From an uncultured Gammaproteobacteria bacterium (GTDB lineage Bacteria > Patescibacteriota > Microgenomatia > UBA8517): 64,000 nucleotides of DNA. Below are positions 55,046-64,000 of this stretch, piece after piece (position 1 is the first letter of the stretch; each line of letters starts with the position of its first letter). Below the pieces are notes generated by a model that had not been told where the DNA came from, did not search any database, and saw nothing but the letters and a program-made list of their open reading frames with translations. Location of the stretch: positions 46,319 through 110,318 of the forward strand of contig CAZBTH010000001.1 of NCBI GenBank assembly GCA_964494885.1, given 5' to 3'. Position numbers and translations under genes: made by a program.

Positions 55046-56190
55046 TTATTAATAAGCGCTGAGATTTTTTCAGCGTCTTCTACTGTAACATTAACGTGTG
55101 TTGGTAAATTGACAATTTCTTCTGAAACTTTTTCAGAGTTGGGACACATTCCCTTTTTATAGTTTGTTAATTTCAAAAATCGGGCGGGTGCAATCGGGGC
55201 ATCATACCAAGTGTCTGTAATATATATTACATTTTGTTTTAGATAGTCAATCAACGCCTTCCTGTTTTTAACAAAAATCGGAAATCTCAGACTGAACGCG
55301 CTATCGTGTTTTGAAAGTTTTTTTTGGTAAATACTTATTATCTTTTTTCTATGTCCTAAGTCTTTTTTAAAATTAGAAAATTGAAAATTAACAAGATCAC
55401 AGTACCAATTTGGCAAACTATGCAAAACTATCGAATTGTTTCCGTCCATCGGTTTTGACAATAAATTTATTTTTTTCAAAAATAAATGAAAGGCCTTGCC
55501 AAGGCCAATTTTATAAGTTTTTCTAATTTTATATGTAAATAGAGGGTAAAGCTTATCTTTTATTTGCCTTCCAATAGAAACAGGTGTAAATGCGACATTC
55601 CCAGCATAAGAAAATTTAGAATTTCTGATAATTAAAGCTCCTCCTGAAACTGCGTCAATAATCTTATCTTGACCAAAAGAAAGCACTATAAAGTCTCCGT
55701 AAAAACCTGCCTCCTTATTACTTTGGTAAATTGACCCAATGCTATGCGCCAAATCCTCAATAAGGATAATTCCGTTTTCAAAACAATATTTTTTTATCTC
55801 GACAACATTACATGGATTCCCGAATGTGTTTTGAATAATCAAAACTTTTAAATTTTTGTGTTGTTTAACTTCGTCAAGTGAAAAATTTAAAGTTTTTTCT
55901 TCAACGTCCAAATATTCCGGCAAAAGACCGGCATCAACCACTGCCTTATAAACTGCGTAGCAAGTAAAACCGGCGATTCCCACTTTGCTGTTTTTTGGAA
56001 ATTTAAGAATATCTAATGCCAACTTTATTGCCTCCCTGCCTTTATATAACAAAATAGTTTTACCTTTATATTTTTTGTCTAAAAAATCAGTTAAGGTCGT
56101 CCTGCCATTTTCATCATTGGTTGCAAAAAGCGATTTCAATACAAACTCTAAATTGTAATTTGACCCCAGAGAATTAAAAATGGTTTTCAT
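55021..56190 (-). CDS. DegT/DnrJ/EryC1/StrS family PLP-dependent sugar aminotransferase
   Basis: Fold-type I aminotransferase pattern, about 390 aa. Confidence 0.55.
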   Translation of the reverse strand: MKTIFNSLGSNYNLEFVLKSLFATNDENGRTTLTDFLDKKYKGKTILLYKGREAIKLALDILKFPKNSKVGIAGFTCYAVYKAVVDAGLLPEYLDVEEKTLNFSLDEVKQHKNLKVLIIQNTFGNPCNVVEIKKYCFENGIILIEDLAHSIGSIYQSNKEAGFYGDFIVLSFGQDKIIDAVSGGALIIRNSKFSYAGNVAFTPVSIGRQIKDKLYPLFTYKIRKTYKIGLGKAFHLFLKKINLLSKPMDGNNSIVLHSLPNWYCDLVNFQFSNFKKDLGHRKKIISIYQKKLSKHDSAFSLRFPIFVKNRKALIDYLKQNVIYITDTWYDAPIAPARFLKLTNYKKGMCPNSEKVSEEIVNLPTHVNVTVEDAEKISALINKWLNTQQN

Positions 56191-56909
56191 TTCAAAAAAT
56201 TTTTGATTAATACAACAACCTCATCCGGGTGGGTAAAAAATGGGGAATGTCTGGCGCCCTCTATGATTTCCAGTTTTGATTTAATGATCAGTTTATTAAT
56301 AAGCACTGCATCAGAAACCGGAGTAATTTTGTCTTCTTTTCCCCAGATGATAAGAGTTGGAATTTCTATTTTTGATAAAAACGGAACCAAATCATGGTGT
56401 GTAAGATTGACCATGGACAATTTCATGTTTGGAGTCGCTTTTTGGTAATCTCTTTCCCCTGCTAAGTAATACAGAAAATCTTTTAACACATCCGAGGATG
56501 TAATTTTTTTACCAATTTTGGAGATAGATCCAAAAACAAAACGTTTTATTTGAAGAAATAATTCTCTGTGATAAACCCCCGCTGTATCAATCAGGATCAA
56601 TCGATCAATTTTTTCTGGATGAACTGACGCAAAAAACGCAGCTATCCGACCTCCATTAGAATGCCCCAAGAGAATAACCTTATCCTTAATATTTGAAAGT
56701 TTATTCTCCAACCAATCAGAGTATTTTTGAACATCCCAGATTTTATCACTCTGTTTTGTAAGTCCTGGAATTTTTATAATAACAGGGTCAAGGCCATTAT
56801 TCTTTAGTAACTTAGAAAACACCTCCCACATATCCAGCGAATATGTCCATCCATGTAATATGTATATTTTTTTGTTTAGAGTCCCCATTTTTTCCTTCTG
56901 ATCTCCCAA
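56187..56909 (-). CDS. Alpha/beta hydrolase
   Basis: Nucleophile elbow GHSNGG. Confidence 0.6.
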   Translation of the reverse strand: MGDQKEKMGTLNKKIYILHGWTYSLDMWEVFSKLLKNNGLDPVIIKIPGLTKQSDKIWDVQKYSDWLENKLSNIKDKVILLGHSNGGRIAAFFASVHPEKIDRLILIDTAGVYHRELFLQIKRFVFGSISKIGKKITSSDVLKDFLYYLAGERDYQKATPNMKLSMVNLTHHDLVPFLSKIEIPTLIIWGKEDKITPVSDAVLINKLIIKSKLEIIEGARHSPFFTHPDEVVVLIKNFLK

Positions 56910-58147
56910 ACCTTTTCTCTACGAGCCAGATATTTAGCGTCCGCTTTATTCTCCAAAAGGTTTTCTATTACTCCTTCCAGAAATCTCGCGCCTTTAAAAA
57001 GAATTGTTTCTCCTCCCTTTATATTTTTCGAAAGATAATCTAACGTTTCCTTCGGTCCTAAAAAATGCTCGATGACAATATTAGAATTTAATTTTTTCCG
57101 AAGTATTGGATATGTATATTTTGTTACCCGGGGACCCATTAAAATTATTCGATCGAACCCAAATGCCGATATGTAATCTGCAAGTTTCTCGTGTTCCTCT
57201 TTTTCTGCGATTCCTTGTTCCAACATATCTCCCAACACTACCCACTTTTTTCCAGATTTAATTTCGCCAAACATTTCAATAACTGCTTTCATGGAATCTA
57301 AATTGGCATTGTATGAACTATCGACTATTGTGGTATTTTTTATTCCCTCAAATACAGAATTTCTTCCGGAAGGTAGATGTAAATTTGGAAAATCTTTATC
57401 AAAATCAAATTTCAAATACTTCAACAATTCTTTACACATTAAAATAGAAGTGCCGATTTTCTTTGGCAATAAATATTTTAATTTATAAGACTGATCCGAA
57501 AATCTAAATTCTGTTAACCCCGAACTAACGATGTATTTTTCTAATTTTGCAATTGATACTTTTTTTACCTCTGCCTGGACCCTCTTCATTTGGTCATTTT
57601 GCAGTTTCGACCCTGAGTCAATAACTACCAATTTTTTTGTCCTCTCCGCAAAAAAACCAAACTCATAAGCAATCGCTTCTTCGACCGAGCCGAATTTGCC
57701 ATTTTTTACCAGATTCTCAAAATTTATGGTGTGGGTCCTTGCAACATTCGTCCAAAGGGTAACTTCCGGTTTTAATAAACTACTCAAAAAATCACCTTCG
57801 TGAGGTCTGTCGCAATCCGCTTCAACAATATATATTTTCTCATCAGGGAGCTTTTTGAAAATATTAATCCAAGGCAAAAAAGGTATTGTAAACCATTCCG
57901 CTAAAGTTAAGTCCTTCCGGTGAATATCCAAAATATCGAAAGGTATTCCAATTGCGCTATTTGCATGATGACTATAACGTGCCTCATTCCCCAGCTGGGA
58001 TTCAACCAAATGGAGCAAGGTTGTCTTGCCGCTTGAACCGGTAATTACAACAACGCTCGGATTCCACTTTTTAAGCCTTATTGAAGCAAAAAAACGAAAG
58101 TAACCGGCCAGGGGAAAATATAAAAGCTGTTTAATTTTTTGGAACAT
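56876..58147 (-). CDS. murF: Mur ligase family enzyme (MurF-like)
   Basis: P-loop VITGSSGKTT and Mur ligase middle/C domains. Confidence 0.65.
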   Translation of the reverse strand: MFQKIKQLLYFPLAGYFRFFASIRLKKWNPSVVVITGSSGKTTLLHLVESQLGNEARYSHHANSAIGIPFDILDIHRKDLTLAEWFTIPFLPWINIFKKLPDEKIYIVEADCDRPHEGDFLSSLLKPEVTLWTNVARTHTINFENLVKNGKFGSVEEAIAYEFGFFAERTKKLVVIDSGSKLQNDQMKRVQAEVKKVSIAKLEKYIVSSGLTEFRFSDQSYKLKYLLPKKIGTSILMCKELLKYLKFDFDKDFPNLHLPSGRNSVFEGIKNTTIVDSSYNANLDSMKAVIEMFGEIKSGKKWVVLGDMLEQGIAEKEEHEKLADYISAFGFDRIILMGPRVTKYTYPILRKKLNSNIVIEHFLGPKETLDYLSKNIKGGETILFKGARFLEGVIENLLENKADAKYLARREKVWEIRRKKWGL

Positions 58148-58148
58148 T

Positions 58149-58955
58149 TTAAGAATTAAGTGTGACCTTATCTATTCTACCCTTAATTCTTTCTCCTAGA
58201 AACATTTCTGCAACTTTTGCGAATCTTTCGGTCAAATCGGTCACGAAGAAATTCTTTTTTCCACTGATTTTCTGCTCATTTAACATTTTATTCTTTGATA
58301 AGAAATCAAAAACTTCTTTGGCAACTGATTTTCCAGGATCGACAATTCTGACGTGATTATCTACCTCCATGGCAATAAGCTTTCCGATAATCGGATAATG
58401 AGTACAACCTATTACCAGAGTATCTATCTTTTTTATTTTTAACTTTGAAAGATACTCCTGCGCGACTTCTTTTAAGCCGGCACTTTTAATTTCCCCTTCT
58501 TCAATGAACGGAACAAACAAAGGACACGCCAAAGAAATTATTTTCACGGATTTTGAATATTTTTTAATATCTTTCTCGTAGGCTTTACTCGCAATAGTCG
58601 CTCGCGTTCCGATTACGCCTATTTTCCCTCCCACTCTTGCCGCCTCTTTGGCTGCGGGATCGATCACTTCAAAAATTGGAATATTCTTAAACTTCTTTTT
58701 TAAATAATCTGCAGCGACAGCTGAGGAAGTATTGCAGGCAATTACAATGCATTTAACTTTTTTGGAAATCAGAAATTGTGTATTTTCTTCTGAAAACTTT
58801 TTTATTGTCTCCGGACTTCTCGGGCCATATGGAACTCTGGCGGTGTCTCCAAGATAGATAATATCTTCGTGAGGAAGAAGCTTGATAATCTGCTTGGCAA
58901 CAGTTAACCCGCCAAGTCCCGAGTCGAATATTCCAATGGGGCTATTTTTGCTCAT
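58149..58955 (-). CDS. murI: Glutamate racemase
   Basis: IGIFDSGLGGLTV...YLGDTARVPYG...GCTHYP; start trimmed to MSKNSPIG. Confidence 0.85.
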   Translation of the reverse strand: MSKNSPIGIFDSGLGGLTVAKQIIKLLPHEDIIYLGDTARVPYGPRSPETIKKFSEENTQFLISKKVKCIVIACNTSSAVAADYLKKKFKNIPIFEVIDPAAKEAARVGGKIGVIGTRATIASKAYEKDIKKYSKSVKIISLACPLFVPFIEEGEIKSAGLKEVAQEYLSKLKIKKIDTLVIGCTHYPIIGKLIAMEVDNHVRIVDPGKSVAKEVFDFLSKNKMLNEQKISGKKNFFVTDLTERFAKVAEMFLGERIKGRIDKVTLNS

Positions 58956-60201
58956 TAAGAAGTGATTGTACAGCTTTTTTGAATTGATTTCCTCTATCTT
59001 TATAATTTTTAAACATATCAAAGCTTGCTGCAGCGGGCGATAAAATTACTACCCCACCTTTTTCTGTGATCTCAAATGCTTTATCAACAATTTCTTTCAT
59101 TGAAGAAAACCCAAGATCATAAATCTTACCTTTAAAGGGTGACCCTTTAAAGGTCTTAGCTATCACCTCTCGAATTTGGCCTATCAAAATTATATTTTTA
59201 ACATTTTGTTTATTTGACACAACACTTCCAAGTTCTGAAAAATCAAGCCCTTTGTCGCTTCCACCCAAAATTAACGTCTCCGGTTCTGTAAATGAATTAA
59301 TCGCGGCTATTGTGGGTTGGGGCCCAGTCGCAAAAGAATCATTGTAAAAAGTTCGTCCTTCAACCTCGGTAACCAACTCAAGTCTGTGCTCAAGCCCTTT
59401 AAAATTTCTGACGGTTTGTAAAATGAAATCTTCATTAATACCTAAAACTTTAGCAACAGATACAGCAGCGGATATATTTTCTAAATTATGCTCTCCGCGA
59501 AGAAGTAATTTTTCCTTGTATTTTGGATCGAGTGTTTTTTTTGAAAACCACACCACCTTAGCTTTTGTTTCTTTGGCAAAACTTTTTGGTAAATCATAAT
59601 TCTCATTAATAACAGCAAAGTCTGATGCTAATTGGTATCTGACAATGTTTTTCTTTGCATCAATATATTCTTCTTGATTTTTATGCCAATCCATGTGGTC
59701 TGAAGTGATATTAAGAACAACTGCGATATTTGGACTTCTATCTAAATCTATCAACTGAAACGATGACATCTCCATTATCACAAAACTATCTTTTGTTAGT
59801 TTTGGCAAAAGCTCAAGGTAGGGTTTGCCGATATTGCCTGATAGATAAACGTCGCGTCCGTCCGCTTTTAGTATCTCGTAAATTAACGTTGAAGTTGTTC
59901 CCTTTCCTTTTGTTCCTGTCACAGCAATAATTTTCCCAGGACATTCCTCAAAAAATATTTTGACTGCTGATGTAATTTTTATTCCCGACTTTTCGGCTGC
60001 CACAATTTCCGGTAAATATCGATAGACCCCAGGAGAACGTACTACATACTCGAATTCGTTTAAGTTACCAAGATATTTTTGATCAAATTTTTGATCGAAA
60101 ATTTTGATTTTTGCACTTTGATTTTTGAGATATCTTTCTGTATCTTGCCCTTCCAATCCATAACCTAAAATTGCTACCTTTTTGTTTTGATATTTATTCA
60201 T
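58942..60201 (-). CDS. murD: UDP-N-acetylmuramoylalanine--D-glutamate ligase
   Basis: KVAILGYGLEG Rossmann-type N-terminus, P-loop AVTGTKGKGTT. Confidence 0.85.
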   Translation of the reverse strand: MNKYQNKKVAILGYGLEGQDTERYLKNQSAKIKIFDQKFDQKYLGNLNEFEYVVRSPGVYRYLPEIVAAEKSGIKITSAVKIFFEECPGKIIAVTGTKGKGTTSTLIYEILKADGRDVYLSGNIGKPYLELLPKLTKDSFVIMEMSSFQLIDLDRSPNIAVVLNITSDHMDWHKNQEEYIDAKKNIVRYQLASDFAVINENYDLPKSFAKETKAKVVWFSKKTLDPKYKEKLLLRGEHNLENISAAVSVAKVLGINEDFILQTVRNFKGLEHRLELVTEVEGRTFYNDSFATGPQPTIAAINSFTEPETLILGGSDKGLDFSELGSVVSNKQNVKNIILIGQIREVIAKTFKGSPFKGKIYDLGFSSMKEIVDKAFEITEKGGVVILSPAAASFDMFKNYKDRGNQFKKAVQSLLNEQK

Positions 60202-60210
60202 ATTTTTGTC

Positions 60211-60236
60211 ACTTAAATACTATATAGTATTTAAGT
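60211..60236. repeat. 26-bp perfect palindrome acttaaatactatatagtatttaagt in the murD/murC gap
   Basis: Same 11-bp arms as the palindrome at 10316-10343; only the central 4 bp differ. Confidence 0.8.
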
Positions 60237-60244
60237 ATTTGAGC

Positions 60245-62461
60245 CTAGAAATTAATTAATTGGACTTCTCTTTCCAGTCTTATTCCAAATTTTTCATTAA
60301 CGTCGTCGATTATTTCTTGAGATAAATCATAGACTTCTTTTGCTGTGGCTTTGCCAGTTTTATTAATTAATATTAAGGCGTGTTTAGAAGAAACTGCCGC
60401 GTTTTTATATTCTTTGCCTTTCCACCCGGCCTTTTCTATTAACCAACCTGCAGATATTTTGAATTTGTCTCCAAATGGGAAAATAGTAATCCCGGGTAGA
60501 CTTTTTTCTAATTTTTCTTTGGCTTGTTGTGTAATAATCGGGTTCTTGAAAAATGAACCTGCGTTTCCAACCATTTTTGGATTTTCTAGTTTCTCTGATC
60601 TGACTTTCAGTACGGCTTCACGGATTTCTAGAATTGTAGGTTTTTTTGATTTTATATATTTGCTTAATGATTCGTAATTGGCCGTTCCGTAATTGTCTCG
60701 TTTTAGTTTTAAAGTAACACTGGTAATGATATATTTCTGCCAATATCCACTCTTTTTGAAAATACTTTCTCGGTATCCAAATTCGCAATCTTTTTTAAAG
60801 AACGTAACAACTTTGCCTTTTTCTAAATCATATGCCTCAAGACTTATGAACGTATCATCTAACTCCGATCCGTAAGCCCCTATATTCTGAATCGGAGCGG
60901 CCCCAACGGTACCGGGGATTCCCGATAAATTTTCAATCCCTTGAAAACCCCGGGCAACGACTTCTTTTACTAATTTATCCCAATTCGCACCAGCCTCGGC
61001 TTTCGCGTTACCGTCATCGTCGATAATGATATTACTGCCTACATATTTAACAACAATGCCATTGAAATCCTTATCTGACGCTAAAATATCTGTTCCGTCC
61101 CCGATAATAAAAATGGGTAAATTGCTGTAACTTGCAAACTTAACAGCTTCATCGATCTCGTTCTTGGTCCTTACTTCAAAATATTTTTTTATCTCGCCGC
61201 CAATTCTAAAAGACGTAATATCTGAAAATTTAACAATATCGATTTTTCTAGCTTGCCCTGAAATTGCTTTAACAATTTTACGGGCCCACAAATAACTTTT
61301 GCCAGCACCCATGACGACGATTACGTCGTAATCTCCAATCTTCAATCTCCAATCTCTAATAATTTCATCAAATGAGTTAAAGCCAATCGCATTTTTATGG
61401 CCAGACATCTTAGCGACTAGTTCTGGTGTAATCAACTCATCTACTTCGTCTCTAGCTTTAAAGATGGGTCCAATTGTAACTTTATCTGCACTATCAAAAA
61501 CACCTTTATAATTTTCAAGAAGAGCTTTTGTTCTTTTATAACCGTGCGGCTCGTCAATTGCTAAAATTTTTGCTTTTGGATATTCAGCATGAACTGCTTC
61601 GAGAGTTGCCTTTATTGCGGTTGGGTGATGGGCATAATCATCATAAACTTTAATTCCTCCACGATCCTCAATTAGTTCGAGTCGCCTACCAATCCCTTTA
61701 GAATTTTCGATTGAAGAAACAATCTTCTCTTCATCTATTCCCAATGCTTTACCCAACAAAAAAACCATATTAGCGTTTTTTTGGTTATGTTCACCCAAAA
61801 TTTTCAGGTTAAATTTCTTTCCCAAACTATCACCCTCTGTGATTAACAGTTTTTCGCCCTTTAGATTTCCCACAAATTTTTTAAAACCTTCTTTGACTTC
61901 CCCTTCATTTTTAAAAAAATCGGGATGGTCAAATTCAATGTTGTTGATGATTGCAATATCCGGATAGTAATTAAGAAAATTGTCATTAAACTCGTCCGCT
62001 TCGATGACTGCATATTTGCCGTGTCCGAAACGAGAATTTCCTCCCCATTCAGGAACATAAGCACCAACCATCACAATCGGATCGAAACCATTATCGATAA
62101 GGAGTTTTCCGGCCATTGCTGTCGTGGTCGACTTTCCGTGAGTTCCGGCAATACAGATTATTTTTTTATCATTTAGAAGAATCCTGCCCAAGAACTCCTG
62201 CCAGGTCATTAACTTATTTTCTTTTCGTGCCACCTCAATTTCGTCAATTTTTTCTTTGTTGAAATATAAAGCGGGAGACACGACGACCAAATCAGTATCT
62301 TCTAAATGTTGAGGGCTATGTCCTTGAAATATATTTTTTGCATACGCCGTAGAAGATTCTAAATCGCATCCCGTAACTTCGTAACCCATTTTTTCGGCCA
62401 ATTTGGCCACACCTGAAATTCCGCTCCCCCCAATTCCTATAAAATGAATTTTCTTTGTCAT
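60245..62461 (-). CDS. murC: Bifunctional MurC (UDP-MurNAc--L-Ala ligase) fused to MurB (UDP-GlcNAc-enolpyruvate reductase)
   Basis: N-terminal IHFIGIGGSGISGVA and Mur ligase P-loop AGTHGKSTT; C-terminal FAD-binding MurB domain (FRIGGE..., GAGSFFKNP). Confidence 0.8.
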   Translation of the reverse strand: MTKKIHFIGIGGSGISGVAKLAEKMGYEVTGCDLESSTAYAKNIFQGHSPQHLEDTDLVVVSPALYFNKEKIDEIEVARKENKLMTWQEFLGRILLNDKKIICIAGTHGKSTTTAMAGKLLIDNGFDPIVMVGAYVPEWGGNSRFGHGKYAVIEADEFNDNFLNYYPDIAIINNIEFDHPDFFKNEGEVKEGFKKFVGNLKGEKLLITEGDSLGKKFNLKILGEHNQKNANMVFLLGKALGIDEEKIVSSIENSKGIGRRLELIEDRGGIKVYDDYAHHPTAIKATLEAVHAEYPKAKILAIDEPHGYKRTKALLENYKGVFDSADKVTIGPIFKARDEVDELITPELVAKMSGHKNAIGFNSFDEIIRDWRLKIGDYDVIVVMGAGKSYLWARKIVKAISGQARKIDIVKFSDITSFRIGGEIKKYFEVRTKNEIDEAVKFASYSNLPIFIIGDGTDILASDKDFNGIVVKYVGSNIIIDDDGNAKAEAGANWDKLVKEVVARGFQGIENLSGIPGTVGAAPIQNIGAYGSELDDTFISLEAYDLEKGKVVTFFKKDCEFGYRESIFKKSGYWQKYIITSVTLKLKRDNYGTANYESLSKYIKSKKPTILEIREAVLKVRSEKLENPKMVGNAGSFFKNPIITQQAKEKLEKSLPGITIFPFGDKFKISAGWLIEKAGWKGKEYKNAAVSSKHALILINKTGKATAKEVYDLSQEIIDDVNEKFGIRLEREVQLINF

Positions 62462-63522
62462 TTTTTACCTTTCAGACTCTTTACAAAACCTGATATCTTC
62501 CTAACCTCCTCAGGTGTTGTAGACCCGTGACCCCCCTCAACTTCTAAGACTTCGATTTTTTGTGGATCTGTATCGTTTATACTTTCGATATATTTATCAG
62601 GGACGCTACCCACAATTTTGTCATTTTTCATTTTTATCATTAAAATTTTTGAGTTTGGCTCATTGGCATATTTTTTGATTGAATCAAAGGCGTAAGAGTC
62701 TTCCGGAGATTTAGTTTTAATAACCCCTTTTTCTCCACCAAACACTGGTTCCTGTTCACTTTTTTGACCGAATTTTACATGATGTGCAAATACCGAATAA
62801 GCTGCCGGCTCAGTTAAAACCAAGCCGTCGGCGCCGACTTTTTCAGCTACCACTGTAGCTACTTCACCCCCCATACTGTCTCCAATTATTATAATGTTAC
62901 CATTCCACTTAATGCCTTTATCTGCATATTCTTCAACCAAATTATCTTGGGTGTACTTGAGAGCAATGAGGATATCAGCCACACGGTCATCCAAACCGTA
63001 ATCCTCTTTTGCTTTGTGAGACTGGGGTCCTCTGTGATCCATAGCAATTAAAATCATATCTGGATTATCTTCATAAAGCATTGGAAGGTATCCACTCGAC
63101 GCAATCACTTCTGAATGTATCTTTCCGCCATGACTAAAAATTACTAAAGGAACTCCATCCTTTAAACCTTCCTTACTAACTTTTTCTGGAGACAGAAAAC
63201 TATATATTTTCAGAGACTGTTCTCCACTCCGGTCTGGACCCCGTACCTCGTCGGGTATATTTTCCTGGAAACCGATTGTTATGACTTCTGTAGAAACAGT
63301 CTCGGTTTCCGAAATATTCAAATCTCTTAATGTTCTCTTTGTATTTAGTAAAAATGCATCTTCTTCACCTGGCTTTACCGCCGGTCTTTGAGGTAAAACG
63401 GGAATCTCAACAAAACCACCATCAACGGTCGACTCGTTTAAACGGATAGATCTTATCGATAGTTCTCGATCGACGGGAGGATGATTTAAGTACTCTTCAA
63501 CCATGTCATCTATTGATTCCAT
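62458..63522 (-). CDS. Alpha/beta hydrolase (esterase/peptidase-like)
   Basis: GDSMGG nucleophile elbow, about 350 aa. Confidence 0.55.
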   Translation of the reverse strand: MESIDDMVEEYLNHPPVDRELSIRSIRLNESTVDGGFVEIPVLPQRPAVKPGEEDAFLLNTKRTLRDLNISETETVSTEVITIGFQENIPDEVRGPDRSGEQSLKIYSFLSPEKVSKEGLKDGVPLVIFSHGGKIHSEVIASSGYLPMLYEDNPDMILIAMDHRGPQSHKAKEDYGLDDRVADILIALKYTQDNLVEEYADKGIKWNGNIIIIGDSMGGEVATVVAEKVGADGLVLTEPAAYSVFAHHVKFGQKSEQEPVFGGEKGVIKTKSPEDSYAFDSIKKYANEPNSKILMIKMKNDKIVGSVPDKYIESINDTDPQKIEVLEVEGGHGSTTPEEVRKISGFVKSLKGKK

Positions 63523-63523
63523 T

Positions 63524-64000
63524 TTAATTATGTCCTTTTAGTTTCTTGTCCATCTTCCTATTTGCTTCCGCAAGTTGTTCCGGAGTATTAATCCCCTGCC
63601 ATTCGTCGTCATTAGGTAAAGTATATGTAGCCATTCTGTCACCTTGGTCTATTGCAAGTTTAATTAAATCTACAAGATAGTACTCACCTTGAGCACTTTT
63701 ATTAACTTTTTTAATATTTTGGGAGAACCATTTTTTATCAAAAACATAAAGGCCGTCATTGACTTCGTTAATTTTTCTTTCTGCATCAGTTGCGTCTTTC
63801 TCCTCAACAATTTTTGCAATAAGACCGTCGGGTCTACGTATAACACGGCCCAATCCTGTTGGATTTTCTTTCATCAAAGATACAAATGTAAGTTTCCGCT
63901 CTCTATCTGTGTGGATTTCTAAAATCTTTTTAATTGTTTCCGGAGTGTAAAAAGCACTGTCGTCTCCGTTTATGATTAAAAGGGTTTTAGTGTTTGGAGA
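63524..64000 (-). CDS. Sugar-phosphate nucleotidyltransferase, N-terminally truncated by the window edge
   Basis: The reading frame continues to the window end without a start codon and matches the NTP-transferase fold (LIINGDDSAFYTPE... upstream, NDGLYVF later). Confidence 0.6.
   Translation of the reverse strand, partial: SPNTKTLLIINGDDSAFYTPETIKKILEIHTDRERKLTFVSLMKENPTGLGRVIRRPDGLIAKIVEEKDATDAERKINEVNDGLYVFDKKWFSQNIKKVNKSAQGEYYLVDLIKLAIDQGDRMATYTLPNDDEWQGINTPEQLAEANRKMDKKLKGHN

Noticed and set aside
1-64000. rRNA, tmRNA, RNase P or SRP RNA genes
   Set aside because: No stretch shows the conserved cores of these RNAs (e.g. the tmRNA tRNA-like ends or the RNase P P4 sequence). The non-coding gaps are short, apart from those described above.

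Overview
The window is a low-GC (~35-40%), gene-dense bacterial fragment that looks like a reduced Patescibacteria/CPR-type genome (lineage is inference).

Housekeeping content:
- ruvC, sodA, rplS, dnaE, a GGDEF protein, gatC-gatA-gatB, htpX, lemA, polX, dus, obg.
- A ddl-like ATP-grasp gene, an FNR-like reductase, lepB, parB, and rplU/rpmA.
- A long division and cell-wall cluster: SEDS, ileS, ftsZ, ftsA, ftsQ-like, murG, a second SEDS, mraY, a FemAB-like gene, murF-like, murI, murD and a MurC-MurB fusion.
- A surface-polysaccharide cluster (O-antigen-ligase-like, GT2/GT4 glycosyltransferases, C-methyltransferase, RmlD-like, flippase) and a secreted lipase with a Pro/Thr linker.
- Eight tRNAs, including a four-tRNA array and a tRNA-Asp split by a ~200-nt group I intron.

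Features that stand out from the core genome:
1. A ~0.8-kb higher-GC (~52%) gene with a consensus sigma70 promoter, SD and hairpin terminator, inserted antisense inside the conserved rplU-rpmA pair.
2. A second higher-GC DUF4097-like gene with a strong SD and terminator, next to an IS200/RAYT-type HUH transposase flanked by REP-like hairpins. Both sit between ftsW and murG.
3. A conserved two-hairpin RNA leader with compensatory base changes, abutting the SD of two membrane-protein genes.
4. A 26-28-bp perfect palindrome with identical 11-bp arms in two intra-operon gaps (gatA/gatC and murD/murC).
5. A module with three copies of a 24-bp perfect palindrome bracketing an HTH-like regulator, a small 2-TM protein and a convergent hairpin-rich candidate sRNA that shares a bidirectional terminator (type-I-TA-like).
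6. A tRNA-flanked island of three large proteins of unknown function.
7. Several repeat oddities.
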